Part shown: positions 36,241 through 44,753 of the stretch, one piece after another
How the letters are laid out: each line of letters starts with the position of its first letter
How positions within the stretch are numbered: the stretch's first letter is position 1
NCBI GenBank assembly: GCA_035508655.1
Contig: DATJMP010000123.1
Span: forward strand, 6,386 to 70,385
Length of the DNA stretch: 64,000 bases
Direction: 5' to 3'
Source of the DNA: Bryobacteraceae bacterium
Lineage (GTDB): Bacteria > Acidobacteriota > Terriglobia > Bryobacterales > Bryobacteraceae
Made by a program: the position numbers and the translations under genes
Notes under the pieces: model-generated
Databases searched by the model: none
Told to the model about the DNA's origin: nothing
The model's input: only the letters and a program-made list of their open reading frames with translations

Positions 36241-36450
36241 ATGGCAAGCCGAGCATTGAAAATCGACCCCAAAAAGACGGCCGCTACGCAGCGCGAGGCG
36301 GTCTCCACTCAAACCACGGAGCAGTCCATTGCGGCCCTTGCTTACCAACTTTGGCTGAATCGCGGCTGCCCTATCGGGTCTCCGGAAGCGGACTGGTTCC
36401 AGGCCGAACGGGAACTGAAAGCTAAAGAGCCCGCATCGGCAACCTCCTAG
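36241..36450 (+). CDS. DUF2934-family small protein
   Basis: Track ORF 36046..36450 trimmed to MASRALKID, with GGAG 8 nt upstream. IAALAYQLWLNRGCPIGSPEADWFQAEREL is the DUF2934 signature. Confidence 0.7.
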   Translation: MASRALKIDPKKTAATQREAVSTQTTEQSIAALAYQLWLNRGCPIGSPEADWFQAERELKAKEPASATS

Positions 36451-36453
36451 CCT

Positions 36454-36999
36454 TTAAGCCGTTGCCGAAGCAGGGGTTTCGTCCAGTACGCAGACGGCAT
36501 CCAGATTCCGGTACCTCTCCGCGTAATCCAGTCCATAGCCAACCACAAATTGATCCGGAATGCGGAATCCTACGTAGCACACCTCCACCGGTCGCAGGCG
36601 GCGCTCCGGCTTGTCCAGGAGCGCCGCGATGCGTAGCGAACGCGGTTTGCGCTGCTGTAGCACGTGCACCAGGTAGGTCAGCGTCACGCCGCTATCCACG
36701 ATGTCCTCGACAATTACCACGTCCGCCCCTTCCAGCGAGATGTCCAGATCCTTGGTCACCTTCACCTCGCCGGAGCTGGTTTTACCCTTACCATACGTGG
36801 AAATGCCCATAAAATCGACGAAGACGTCGCGGGTCATCGCACGCGCCAGATCGGTCAGGAAAAAGCAAGCTCCCTTGAGGATGCAGATGAGGTGAAGGTT
36901 TCCCGCCGGATAATCGCGGGAAATTTCCGCCCCCAGTTCGCGAATGCGAGCCTGGATGCGATCGGACGAAATCAGCACGCGCAGATTGGGATCGGTCAT
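36454..36999 (-). CDS. hpt: Hypoxanthine phosphoribosyltransferase (paralogue 1)
   Basis: 181 aa; ...LICILKGACFFLTDLARA...VVIVEDIVDSGVTLTYL...FVVGYGLDYAERYRNL. Confidence 0.9.
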   Translation of the reverse strand: MTDPNLRVLISSDRIQARIRELGAEISRDYPAGNLHLICILKGACFFLTDLARAMTRDVFVDFMGISTYGKGKTSSGEVKVTKDLDISLEGADVVIVEDIVDSGVTLTYLVHVLQQRKPRSLRIAALLDKPERRLRPVEVCYVGFRIPDQFVVGYGLDYAERYRNLDAVCVLDETPASATA

Positions 37000-37034
37000 G
37001 AAACACTCATCTTAACGCGCTATGCTGGAGTTCC

Positions 37035-39548
37035 ATGCGGACCACCCTCGCGGGCGCGGCGGTCACGGCAGTGGTGGCCCTGCTGGCGCAGCAGCCCGGA
37101 CTTCATCCCCACCTGAAAACCAACGCCTTTCTGGGCCGTCAGACGGAAGGCTTCTACCTGGTCCCCACCAACCAGATACTGGAACCCTCCGGCGAGCAGA
37201 CCCGCCTTCCGGGCCGTCCCGTCGACATGGTCTTCGATTCCCGGAAGCAGATCCTCGCGGTACTGAACTGGCATAGCGTGATGCTTCTCGATGCCAACTC
37301 CGGTGCCACTCTGGCCGACATTCCGTCCCGCTCCACCTCGTATGCCGGTGTCGCGTTTCGCCCCCGGAGCCGCGAAATCTGGGCCAGCGAAACCACCCGC
37401 AACGGACCCGACAGCATCCTCGTGGCGACGCTCTCCTCCGACGGCAAGTCCAGCGAAACCGCGCATATTGCTCTCAAGGGTCATCCCGTGCCCGCCGGCC
37501 TGGCCTTTTCCGGCGACGGCAAATCCGTCTACGTCGCTTTCAGCCGCAACAATACCCTGGCAGTCATCGATGCTGCATCCCGGGAGATCGTCCGGGAAAT
37601 CGAGGTTGGGGTGGCGCCGTTCGGGGTTGCGGTCGCGTCGGCGCGAGGCTTGGTCTTTGTGAGCAACCGAGGCGGGCGCCGGGCTCATGCGGGCGATACC
37701 ACCGCGCCTTCCAGCGGAACCGCGGTTGTGACCGATCCGGTTACCGGATCCTCCGTTTCAGGAACCGTCAGCGTAGTGGATGCCAAAACTCTGGCCGTGC
37801 GCGAAGTCGCCACCGGTCTTGCGCCCTCGCAACTGGCGCTCAGCTCCGACCAGCAGCACCTGGCTGTCGCCAACGGCCATTCCGATTCGGTGACGGTCGT
37901 GGACACCGAGACTCTCCGCACAACCGAAACCAAAATCCCCACCTTCCCTGAAGCCCCCCTCGGCAGCCAGCCCATTGCCGTCGCCTTTGCACCCGATGGC
38001 GCCACGCTCTACGTCGCTTGCGGCGGCAACAACGCCATCGCCGTCCTTCGGCGCGCGGGTGCGGCGTGGCAAGTAGCCGGTGCCATGCCCACAGCCTGGT
38101 TCCCTTCCGCCGTCGCCATCGATGGCGAGGGTGCGCTCCGTGTCCTCAACCTCAAAGGGATGGGTAACACCGCGGACAAAAAGGGGACGTTCAATTCACG
38201 CCAGTATGAAGGCTCGCTCGAGCGCATCCCTGCGCCCACCGGTGAACAACTCGCCAGCGGCACCCGCGCGGTCGAAGCTGCCAACAGCCCCGTCTATGAA
38301 CCCGCCGGCGGCATCGCCAACCTCTCCTCGCTGGGCATCCAGCACGTCTTCCTGATTGTTAAGGAGAACCGTACCTACGATCAGGTCTTCGGCGATATCG
38401 CCAAGGCCAATGGCGATCCCAAACTGGTCATGTACGGCCGCGATATCACCCCCAACCACCACGCCTTGGCCGAGCGTTACGTGCTGCTCGACAATTTCTA
38501 CACGGCTGGCGCAATCAGCTTCGACGGCCACCAGTGGTTGATGCAGGCCTTTGTCAGCGATTACACCGAGCGGGCCTTCGCCGCCTCGCCCCGCGGCTAC
38601 GCCTGGAACATGGCGGACGCGCTCACGGTTGCGCCCACCGGCTTCTTCTGGCAAAGCGCAACCCGCCCCCTCGATGTCCGCATCTACGGCGAATTCCAAT
38701 TGCCCGCCCGCTGGGACCCGGCGAGCCGAAGCGCCGTCGACATGGACGAAAGCCAGGAGCTTTCCTGGCCGGAATATCTCAAGCTTTACCGTGAAGGCAA
38801 ATGGCAGACCGCCGTGGGCGCGCGCAGCGGCGTACCCGCCCTCCAGCCCTATTGCAGCCAGCGCTACCCCGATAATTCGCTCGCCATTCCCGACGACATC
38901 CGCGCCGAGGAATTCCTCCGCGAACTGGGCGAGCGCGAAAAGAGCGGCAGCATGCCCAATCTGAACATCCTCACGCTCACCAGCGATCACACCATGGGCA
39001 CGCGCCCCGGCGCGCCCACTCCCCGCGCCATGGTGGCGGATGATGACCTCGCCCTCGGCCGGATCGTGGAAGGGATCTCCAAAAGCCGCTTCTGGCCGCA
39101 TAGCCTCATCCTGGTCGTCGAGGATGACGCGCAAGACGGTGTGGATCACGTGGACGGCCATCGCACGCTGGTGCTGGCCATTGGACCGTTCATCCGCCGC
39201 AATGCCGTCGATTCCAACAATTACAATCAGCTGAGCCTGATCCGCACCATTCAGGAGATTTTCCGCATTCCTCAGCACACCCGCTATCTGGCCGCCGCGC
39301 GGCCCATGACCAGCATCTTCACCGCCCAGGCCGATGCCACGCCCTACCAGCACGTGGTGCCAAAACCTTCGCCGGACGAAACCAATCCGCCGCTCCGGGG
39401 GCTGGCTGGGCGCCGTCTTTGGGCGGCGAAGCAGTCGGCGTCCATGAATTTCCGGGATGTGGATGATGCGCCCGAAGATACTCTCAACCACGTGCTGTGG
39501 TGGGACGCCAAGGGATACGACACGCCCTATCCCGGCGAGGGCAAGTAG
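37035..39548 (+). CDS. Exported YncE-like beta-propeller fused to a phosphoesterase (phospholipase C/acid phosphatase family) domain
   Basis: 837 aa. N-terminal half has repeated ...G..P.G.A.S.DG..LYVA... propeller blades. C-terminal half has IQHVFLIVKENRTYDQVFGD...LTSDHT...VVEDDAQDGVDHVDGHR phosphoesterase motifs. Confidence 0.85.
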   Translation: MRTTLAGAAVTAVVALLAQQPGLHPHLKTNAFLGRQTEGFYLVPTNQILEPSGEQTRLPGRPVDMVFDSRKQILAVLNWHSVMLLDANSGATLADIPSRSTSYAGVAFRPRSREIWASETTRNGPDSILVATLSSDGKSSETAHIALKGHPVPAGLAFSGDGKSVYVAFSRNNTLAVIDAASREIVREIEVGVAPFGVAVASARGLVFVSNRGGRRAHAGDTTAPSSGTAVVTDPVTGSSVSGTVSVVDAKTLAVREVATGLAPSQLALSSDQQHLAVANGHSDSVTVVDTETLRTTETKIPTFPEAPLGSQPIAVAFAPDGATLYVACGGNNAIAVLRRAGAAWQVAGAMPTAWFPSAVAIDGEGALRVLNLKGMGNTADKKGTFNSRQYEGSLERIPAPTGEQLASGTRAVEAANSPVYEPAGGIANLSSLGIQHVFLIVKENRTYDQVFGDIAKANGDPKLVMYGRDITPNHHALAERYVLLDNFYTAGAISFDGHQWLMQAFVSDYTERAFAASPRGYAWNMADALTVAPTGFFWQSATRPLDVRIYGEFQLPARWDPASRSAVDMDESQELSWPEYLKLYREGKWQTAVGARSGVPALQPYCSQRYPDNSLAIPDDIRAEEFLRELGEREKSGSMPNLNILTLTSDHTMGTRPGAPTPRAMVADDDLALGRIVEGISKSRFWPHSLILVVEDDAQDGVDHVDGHRTLVLAIGPFIRRNAVDSNNYNQLSLIRTIQEIFRIPQHTRYLAAARPMTSIFTAQADATPYQHVVPKPSPDETNPPLRGLAGRRLWAAKQSASMNFRDVDDAPEDTLNHVLWWDAKGYDTPYPGEGK

Positions 39549-39588
39549 GGTAGGCTTCCCGGCCTGCCCGCGCGCCGGAGGCGCGTAA

Positions 39589-40344
39589 TTACTCGGCTGC
39601 GCCTTGTCCTTCCGCCGGCGGTGCCTCTTCCTGCCGGAGTCGCTCGTAGACGCCGCGCGCCGCCCGCTGCGCCGCTACTTTCTTGGTCCTGCCGTCGGCC
39701 TGCCCGAAACAGTCACGGCCGATCCGCACCTCCACGGTGAACACCTTGGCGTGTTCGGGGCCGCGCTCGCGCACGATGGCATAACGGGGTTGCGGCATGC
39801 CGCGGCTCTGTGCCAGTTCTTGCAGCGCGCTTTTGAAGTTCGCAATGGCGGGCTGGATGTCCGTCCCCGCCTCCTCGTCGCCCTCGAGCGGTGCGTCCAG
39901 CACGAAACCGCGCACCAGGCCGCGCGCCGCCTCCAGCCCGCCGTCCAGGTAGACGGCCGCAATCAGGGCTTCAAACGCGTCCACAAGCAGGGTTTTCTTG
40001 GAGCGTCCGCCGCTCATCTCCTCGCTGCGGCCCAGGTCGAGAAACGCCCCGATATCGAGCCGCCGCGCCACACCGTGCAGGTGCGCGGCCGAAACCAGGT
40101 GCGCCTTCTGGCGGGAAAGCTGACCCTCGCTCTGGTCCGGGAAGCGCTCCACCAGAGCCTCGGCAACCAGAAAACCCAGCACCGAATCGCCCAGGAATTC
40201 CAGTTGCTCGTTATCGTTCACCTCGATGCCGCTGCCGCGGCTTTCGTTGGCGAGCGAACTATGGGTGAGCGCGCGGCGCAGCAACTGCGCATCCGAGAAG
40301 CGGAAAGCAATCCGCTCCTCCAGCGTGGACGGCTCCGCGCGCAT
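39589..40344 (-). CDS. rnc: Ribonuclease III
   Basis: Trimmed to MRAEPSTLEERIAFRFSD...; RNase III signature NEQLEFLGDSVLG; C-terminal dsRBD. Confidence 0.9.
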   Translation of the reverse strand: MRAEPSTLEERIAFRFSDAQLLRRALTHSSLANESRGSGIEVNDNEQLEFLGDSVLGFLVAEALVERFPDQSEGQLSRQKAHLVSAAHLHGVARRLDIGAFLDLGRSEEMSGGRSKKTLLVDAFEALIAAVYLDGGLEAARGLVRGFVLDAPLEGDEEAGTDIQPAIANFKSALQELAQSRGMPQPRYAIVRERGPEHAKVFTVEVRIGRDCFGQADGRTKKVAAQRAARGVYERLRQEEAPPAEGQGAAE

Positions 40345-40349
40345 CCCGC

Positions 40350-41120
40350 CTATTTCTTCGCGGATGAGGCGGCCTTGATGTTCTGCGCCACCTGCCGGAT
40401 CTGCGCATTCAGTTGCGGATTGGCCAGAAGCTTGTCGCAAACCGCAATCGCCTCCGCGTTCTTCCCGCCCTGCATATACGCCGAGGCCAGCCGTACCTGG
40501 AATGCCGGCTCGTCCGGCGCATCATCGGTCGCCGACTTGAATTCCGCTATGGCGGAATCGAAGCTCTTCTTGTCGAGCTCTACCAGTCCCAGCCCATTAT
40601 GGGCTTCCGCGGTCAGATACTTCTTCGCCTGCGTCCACTGCTCGTCGCTCATTTGCTTGTTGGGCTTCTCGGCAGACTTCAGGTCGTCGAGTGTGAGGTT
40701 GAAATACTTCTGCGCGCTCGCCAGCTTGTCGTCGCGGTCCAGGTCGTGCTCGTGTGTCTGCTGCACAATCAGAGTTCCAAGCATATTCGGAACCTGGAAA
40801 TTCTTGGGGTTGACCTTCAGCACCTGTTCGCCGTATACCTGGGCCCTGGCCTGGTCGCCCTTCTGCTGGTAAGCATTGGCCTCGATGACCAGTGCCGTTT
40901 CCTTGTAATACGTGTCCGAGTACTTCGTGATCAGGTCCTCGGCCGCCTTAATCTCGGCGTCCGGGCCCGCCTGCTGCGCCTGCATCAGCGCGATGACCGC
41001 CTGCGATTCGCCCTGCGACTTGGTGTTTACCACCAGTCCCTTCTGCGCCTGCGCCAGCGGGAGGGTCATACCGGCGGCCAAGCCCAGGACGCCGGTGAGA
41101 ATCAGTCGTTTCATTGCCAA
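40350..41120 (-). CDS. Exported TPR-repeat protein
   Basis: Signal peptide MAMKRLILTGVLGLAAGMTLPLAQA; TPR-like helical repeats. Confidence 0.8.
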   Translation of the reverse strand: MAMKRLILTGVLGLAAGMTLPLAQAQKGLVVNTKSQGESQAVIALMQAQQAGPDAEIKAAEDLITKYSDTYYKETALVIEANAYQQKGDQARAQVYGEQVLKVNPKNFQVPNMLGTLIVQQTHEHDLDRDDKLASAQKYFNLTLDDLKSAEKPNKQMSDEQWTQAKKYLTAEAHNGLGLVELDKKSFDSAIAEFKSATDDAPDEPAFQVRLASAYMQGGKNAEAIAVCDKLLANPQLNAQIRQVAQNIKAASSAKK

Positions 41121-41131
41121 CTCACTCCTTC

Positions 41132-42595
41132 TTATTTCGAGGTTTGTGCCACACCCTGCTGGGCGGCTTTGCGCGCCATGTCAGACGCACCGGTCACCTG
41201 CAGAGCATCGCTAAAATATTTGCCCGCCGCGTTGTTGTCACCCGCCGCTATGGAAAGCCGGCCCAGGTAAACCAGGGTCCATGCCTTCACGGGGGCTTCC
41301 GGCTCCAATTCCAGAACCTTTTGAAACAAGCGCTCCGAAGTCTCCGGATCCTTCTGCAGCGCCGCAATCCGAGCCAGTCCGTAATATGCCGCCGCGTGCA
41401 CCGGTTTCTGGTCCGTTTGCTGCAAAACCTGCAGATACAAATTCTTGGCCTTATCGAGATCGCGCTGCGAATAAAGCTGCTCAGCCTCGTCCAGCGTCTT
41501 CGCCGCTCCGGTTAGAGGCGGCGGAGCGGGTGCCGTCACGGCCAGCGTGTGTGCCGGCAGCGGCTTGCTGTCGAATTCCACATTTCCCAGCCGCGCCTCC
41601 TCCTTCGCCATGTCGATGCCGTAAATCAGGTCGCGATAGTAGACCACCATGGCCGCTTCCTGCTTTTCGTAGACGGGCAGCGCCTCCGCGAAATACGGCG
41701 TCAGGATATACCCCTGTTTCAAGGATTGCTGGACGAATGCGGGCTGCTTGTCCAGCCGCGCCTCAATCGCCTTCACCAGCGATTCCGTCGTCAGCAGCAG
41801 GTAATCGAACCGCAAATGCTCCGGCAGCGCCTCAGCCCGCTGCGCATGATCGAAAATCGGCTTCTTCCGCGCGATCGCTTCCTGGTATTTTGTCGCCAGC
41901 GGATCGAGCAGGTACGTCAGGTATCCGTGGCGGATGTCAAAAATCCGGAGGTCGGGCGACGGCGTCACCACCACCGTGAACTCGTTCCCGTAACTCCGCG
42001 TCTGGATCTGGTTCGGCGGCGCCTGCAATTCGATATAGATCTGGAAGCGCCGTCCGCTGAACCCCGAAGTCTGCTGCCGCAGATACAGGTTGCATTGAAG
42101 CACGGCCTCGGATACCGGATCGTGATATCGCTCGATGGCCTGGTCGATAGCCCGCTGCGCGCGCTTCCACAGGTCTTCAATATTGGCTTCCTTGTAGAAT
42201 CGCACCAGTAGCGGCTGCAAATCGCTCAACTCGCTCACGTCCGGCGGAATGTCTGCGCCCTTTTCCTTGAACTCGAAATTGGGCGGCGGTCCCACGCTCA
42301 GAGCGAACGAAATATACTGGCTCAGCTCGGCTGTCGGATTCGCCCGATGATGCTTGGCGACGAACGACTTGAGGGCCTCCAGAGAAGGGATATTGCGCTT
42401 TGCCAGCTCCTGCCGGATCTCCTTGCGGATCGGATGATTGTTCGGCGAATCCAGATCGGCGTCGTACCCGGCCGCGTTGATGGCGGCCATGACCGTGAAC
42501 AAGGTAGGGCTGGCGTCAAGCTGGCCCGTTTCGGCGGGCGCGGCATGGGCCGCCGCAGCCGCCGTTAGAATTGCTGCTAGGGTAAACCGAAACAA
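41132..42595 (-). CDS. Exported hypothetical protein with C-terminal TPR repeats
   Basis: Signal peptide MFRFTLAAILTAAAAAHA; 487 aa; C-terminal TPR-like region (AEQLYSQRDLDKAKNLYLQVL...). Confidence 0.8.
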   Translation of the reverse strand: MFRFTLAAILTAAAAAHAAPAETGQLDASPTLFTVMAAINAAGYDADLDSPNNHPIRKEIRQELAKRNIPSLEALKSFVAKHHRANPTAELSQYISFALSVGPPPNFEFKEKGADIPPDVSELSDLQPLLVRFYKEANIEDLWKRAQRAIDQAIERYHDPVSEAVLQCNLYLRQQTSGFSGRRFQIYIELQAPPNQIQTRSYGNEFTVVVTPSPDLRIFDIRHGYLTYLLDPLATKYQEAIARKKPIFDHAQRAEALPEHLRFDYLLLTTESLVKAIEARLDKQPAFVQQSLKQGYILTPYFAEALPVYEKQEAAMVVYYRDLIYGIDMAKEEARLGNVEFDSKPLPAHTLAVTAPAPPPLTGAAKTLDEAEQLYSQRDLDKAKNLYLQVLQQTDQKPVHAAAYYGLARIAALQKDPETSERLFQKVLELEPEAPVKAWTLVYLGRLSIAAGDNNAAGKYFSDALQVTGASDMARKAAQQGVAQTSK

Positions 42596-42655
42596 TCCTC
42601 CTCAGTTTAACATCGTGAGCAAAAGCCGGGCCGGAAGCCGGACAGCGGGAATTTA

Positions 42656-42741
42656 GGAGTCAAAAGACAGGAGCCAGAATGCAGAATGCCGCCCCCATCG
42701 CCCATTCCGACTCCTGACTTCTGACTCCTTCCGCATTCTGC
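42656..42741. repeat. Heptad-based palindromic element (CAGAAGT/CAGAATG family) upstream of phzF
   Basis: ggagtcaaaagacaggag (42656-42673) is the inverse of ctcctgacttctgactcc (42711-42728), 16/18. cagaatgcagaatgc (42675-42689) is the inverse of gcattctgc (42733-42741). The two repeat pairs are interleaved. Confidence 0.6.
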
Positions 42742-42753
42742 TACCCTCCTTTC

Positions 42754-43551
42754 ATGGGCATTCGCATCGTGCAGGTGGACGCGTTTACTGATCGTCCTTT
42801 CGCCGGCAATCCGGCTGCGGTCTGTGTCTTGCGCGAACCGAAGCCGGACCAGTGGCTCCACGACGTCGCGCGCGAGATGAACCTCTCCGAAACCGCGTTC
42901 CTTTGGCAGCACGAAGACGGCTATCAACTCCGTTGGCTCACCCCCGCGGTTGAGGTGGACCTCTGCGGCCACGCCACCGTGGCCAGTGCCCACGTCCTCT
43001 GGGAAGACGGCCACCTGCCGGAAGGGCGCCAGGCGCGCTTCCACACCCGCAGCGGCCTGCTCACCGCCGACCGCCGCGGCGCCTGGATCGAGCTGAATTT
43101 TCCCTCCAAAATCGCCCAGCCCGCCGATGCGCCGCCCGCGCTCCTGTCGAGCCTGGGCGTAGAGCGTGCCGCCTTCGTCGGTCGCAATGCGTTCGATTAC
43201 TTGGTCGAAATCGAATCCGAACAGGCCCTTCGCAGCCTTGCGCCGGATTATTCCAGCCTCCGCCGAATCGAGGTGCGCGGCGTCATTGTCACTGCCAAAG
43301 CCGAGGGCGGGGAATTCGATTTCGTCTCGCGTTTCTTCGCCCCGGCGGCCGGCGTCGATGAGGACCCGGTCACCGGCTCCGCCCACACTGCGCTCGCGCC
43401 GTATTGGGGCGCCAAGCTAGGCCAATGCGAGATGACCGGCTACCAGGCTTCGCCCCGTGGCGGTATTGTCCGCGTCCGCCTCAAAGGCGAGCGCGTGATT
43501 CTCGGGGGCCAGGCGGTAACGGTGATGACGGGGGAATTGGTAGCCGGGTAG
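42754..43551 (+). CDS. PhzF-family isomerase
   Basis: IVQVDAFTDRPFAGNPAAVC...MNLSETAFL...DLCGHATVASAH, the PhzF family N-terminus. Confidence 0.9.
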   Translation: MGIRIVQVDAFTDRPFAGNPAAVCVLREPKPDQWLHDVAREMNLSETAFLWQHEDGYQLRWLTPAVEVDLCGHATVASAHVLWEDGHLPEGRQARFHTRSGLLTADRRGAWIELNFPSKIAQPADAPPALLSSLGVERAAFVGRNAFDYLVEIESEQALRSLAPDYSSLRRIEVRGVIVTAKAEGGEFDFVSRFFAPAAGVDEDPVTGSAHTALAPYWGAKLGQCEMTGYQASPRGGIVRVRLKGERVILGGQAVTVMTGELVAG

Positions 43552-43554
43552 AAC

Positions 43555-43611
43555 CAGAAGTCAGAATGGGCGGCTCAGGTACGTCCCCGGCCTTCTGAAT
43601 TCTGACTTCTG
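43555..43611. repeat. 13-bp perfect inverted repeat (same heptad family) between phzF and hpnI
   Basis: cagaagtcagaat (43555-43567) and attctgacttctg (43599-43611) with a 31-nt loop. The hpnI stop (43575-43577) lies in the loop, and the right arm encodes the last hpnI codons. Confidence 0.7.
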
Positions 43612-44753
43612 ACCACTGTCCCCCGCGCTTCGATCCTCCCGTCCCTCCTCAGCCGCAGCCGCTGCCCGCGCCATTCCACCTCGCTGCCGAACGCACCCGC
43701 CAGCCATACCGCAAACCCGAACAGGTCGCGCAACGGCATCATCCACCAGTCCCGGGCGATCCGCTTGTATCCGAGCACCCCGCCCGCTACCGCCGCCCCC
43801 GCAGCCATCCGCATCCCCAGCGCCGCCGCTCCCGCCCACCACGCACCCGTCGCAAATGCCGCCAGCGCCCACAGCGTCGCATGCGTCACTACATATCCGT
43901 AATAACCTGAGGGCCGCGACACGCGCACCGTCCGCGACCACCGAACCTGGTGCCGCCAAACCTGTGCCCACGTTCCCTCGCCCAGGTGTGTCTCCACCAC
44001 CGCCGGTGCAAACTCGATCCGGTATCCCAGATCGTGGATCCTCCGGCCAAGCTGGTAGTCGTCAGCCAGGTAATCGGCGATGGATTCGAAGCCGCCGATT
44101 TTTTCCAGCGTCTCCGCCCGAAATGCCATGGTCGAACCCAGCGCGAATTCCGCCACTCCCAGCAATCGCGCCACCACCACGCTGGGCGCGAACTCCGTAG
44201 CGATCCCGAGAGCCTCGGCCCTCGCCGCCGGCGATTCGCCGTTCGCCCGGTACAGGCACGTCACCAACCCTACCCGGGGATCCGCAAGCGATGCCGCCAC
44301 CGCCCGCAGATAACCCGGCTCCACGGTAATGTCGCTATCGTTTACCAGTAGCACCGGGTGCCGGGCTTGGCGCGCCAGTTGGGCCAGCACGCCCGCCTTG
44401 GCGTTGGGCGCTTTGGTGGCAACCGAATAGAAGGAGATCGGAACCCGCGGGAATTCCGCTCGCAGCCGTTCGATATCGGCCGCGGCGGGCTCGTCCGGAT
44501 CGCTGCAGCCGAACAGGATTTCGAATTCTGGGTAACTCTGTTCGGCGTGAGAGCGCAGAGCCTCATAAAGTCCGGCGTCCCGGCCGCGAATCGGCTTCAA
44601 AATGGAAATCGAAGGGTAAGTGAGTGGGATAGGCTTCCCGGCCTGTCCCCGGGCCGAAGGCCCGCTTCTCCGCCACCGCACCGCCGCGGCCAGCGCCAGC
44701 GCGTAGTAGCCGGCTGCCGCCAGCGCCAGGGCCGCCGCCAGCCAGCTCATCAA
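43575..44753 (-). CDS. hpnI: GT2 glycosyltransferase, hopanoid-associated HpnI-like
   Basis: 392 aa. N-terminal TM, ...PSISILKP..., NDSD, DDYQLG, ...RWSRT motifs of the HpnI/ceramide-glucosyltransferase-like GT2 clade. ATGA overlap with the hpnJ-like gene. Confidence 0.75.
   Translation of the reverse strand: MMSWLAAALALAAAGYYALALAAAVRWRRSGPSARGQAGKPIPLTYPSISILKPIRGRDAGLYEALRSHAEQSYPEFEILFGCSDPDEPAAADIERLRAEFPRVPISFYSVATKAPNAKAGVLAQLARQARHPVLLVNDSDITVEPGYLRAVAASLADPRVGLVTCLYRANGESPAARAEALGIATEFAPSVVVARLLGVAEFALGSTMAFRAETLEKIGGFESIADYLADDYQLGRRIHDLGYRIEFAPAVVETHLGEGTWAQVWRHQVRWSRTVRVSRPSGYYGYVVTHATLWALAAFATGAWWAGAAALGMRMAAGAAVAGGVLGYKRIARDWWMMPLRDLFGFAVWLAGAFGSEVEWRGQRLRLRRDGRIEARGTVVRSQNSEGRGRT

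Noticed and set aside
43575-44753. Calling the GT2 a ceramide glucosyltransferase
   Set aside because: The ATGA coupling to an HpnJ-type B12 radical SAM gene favours HpnI. The alternative remains possible until a phylogeny is done.
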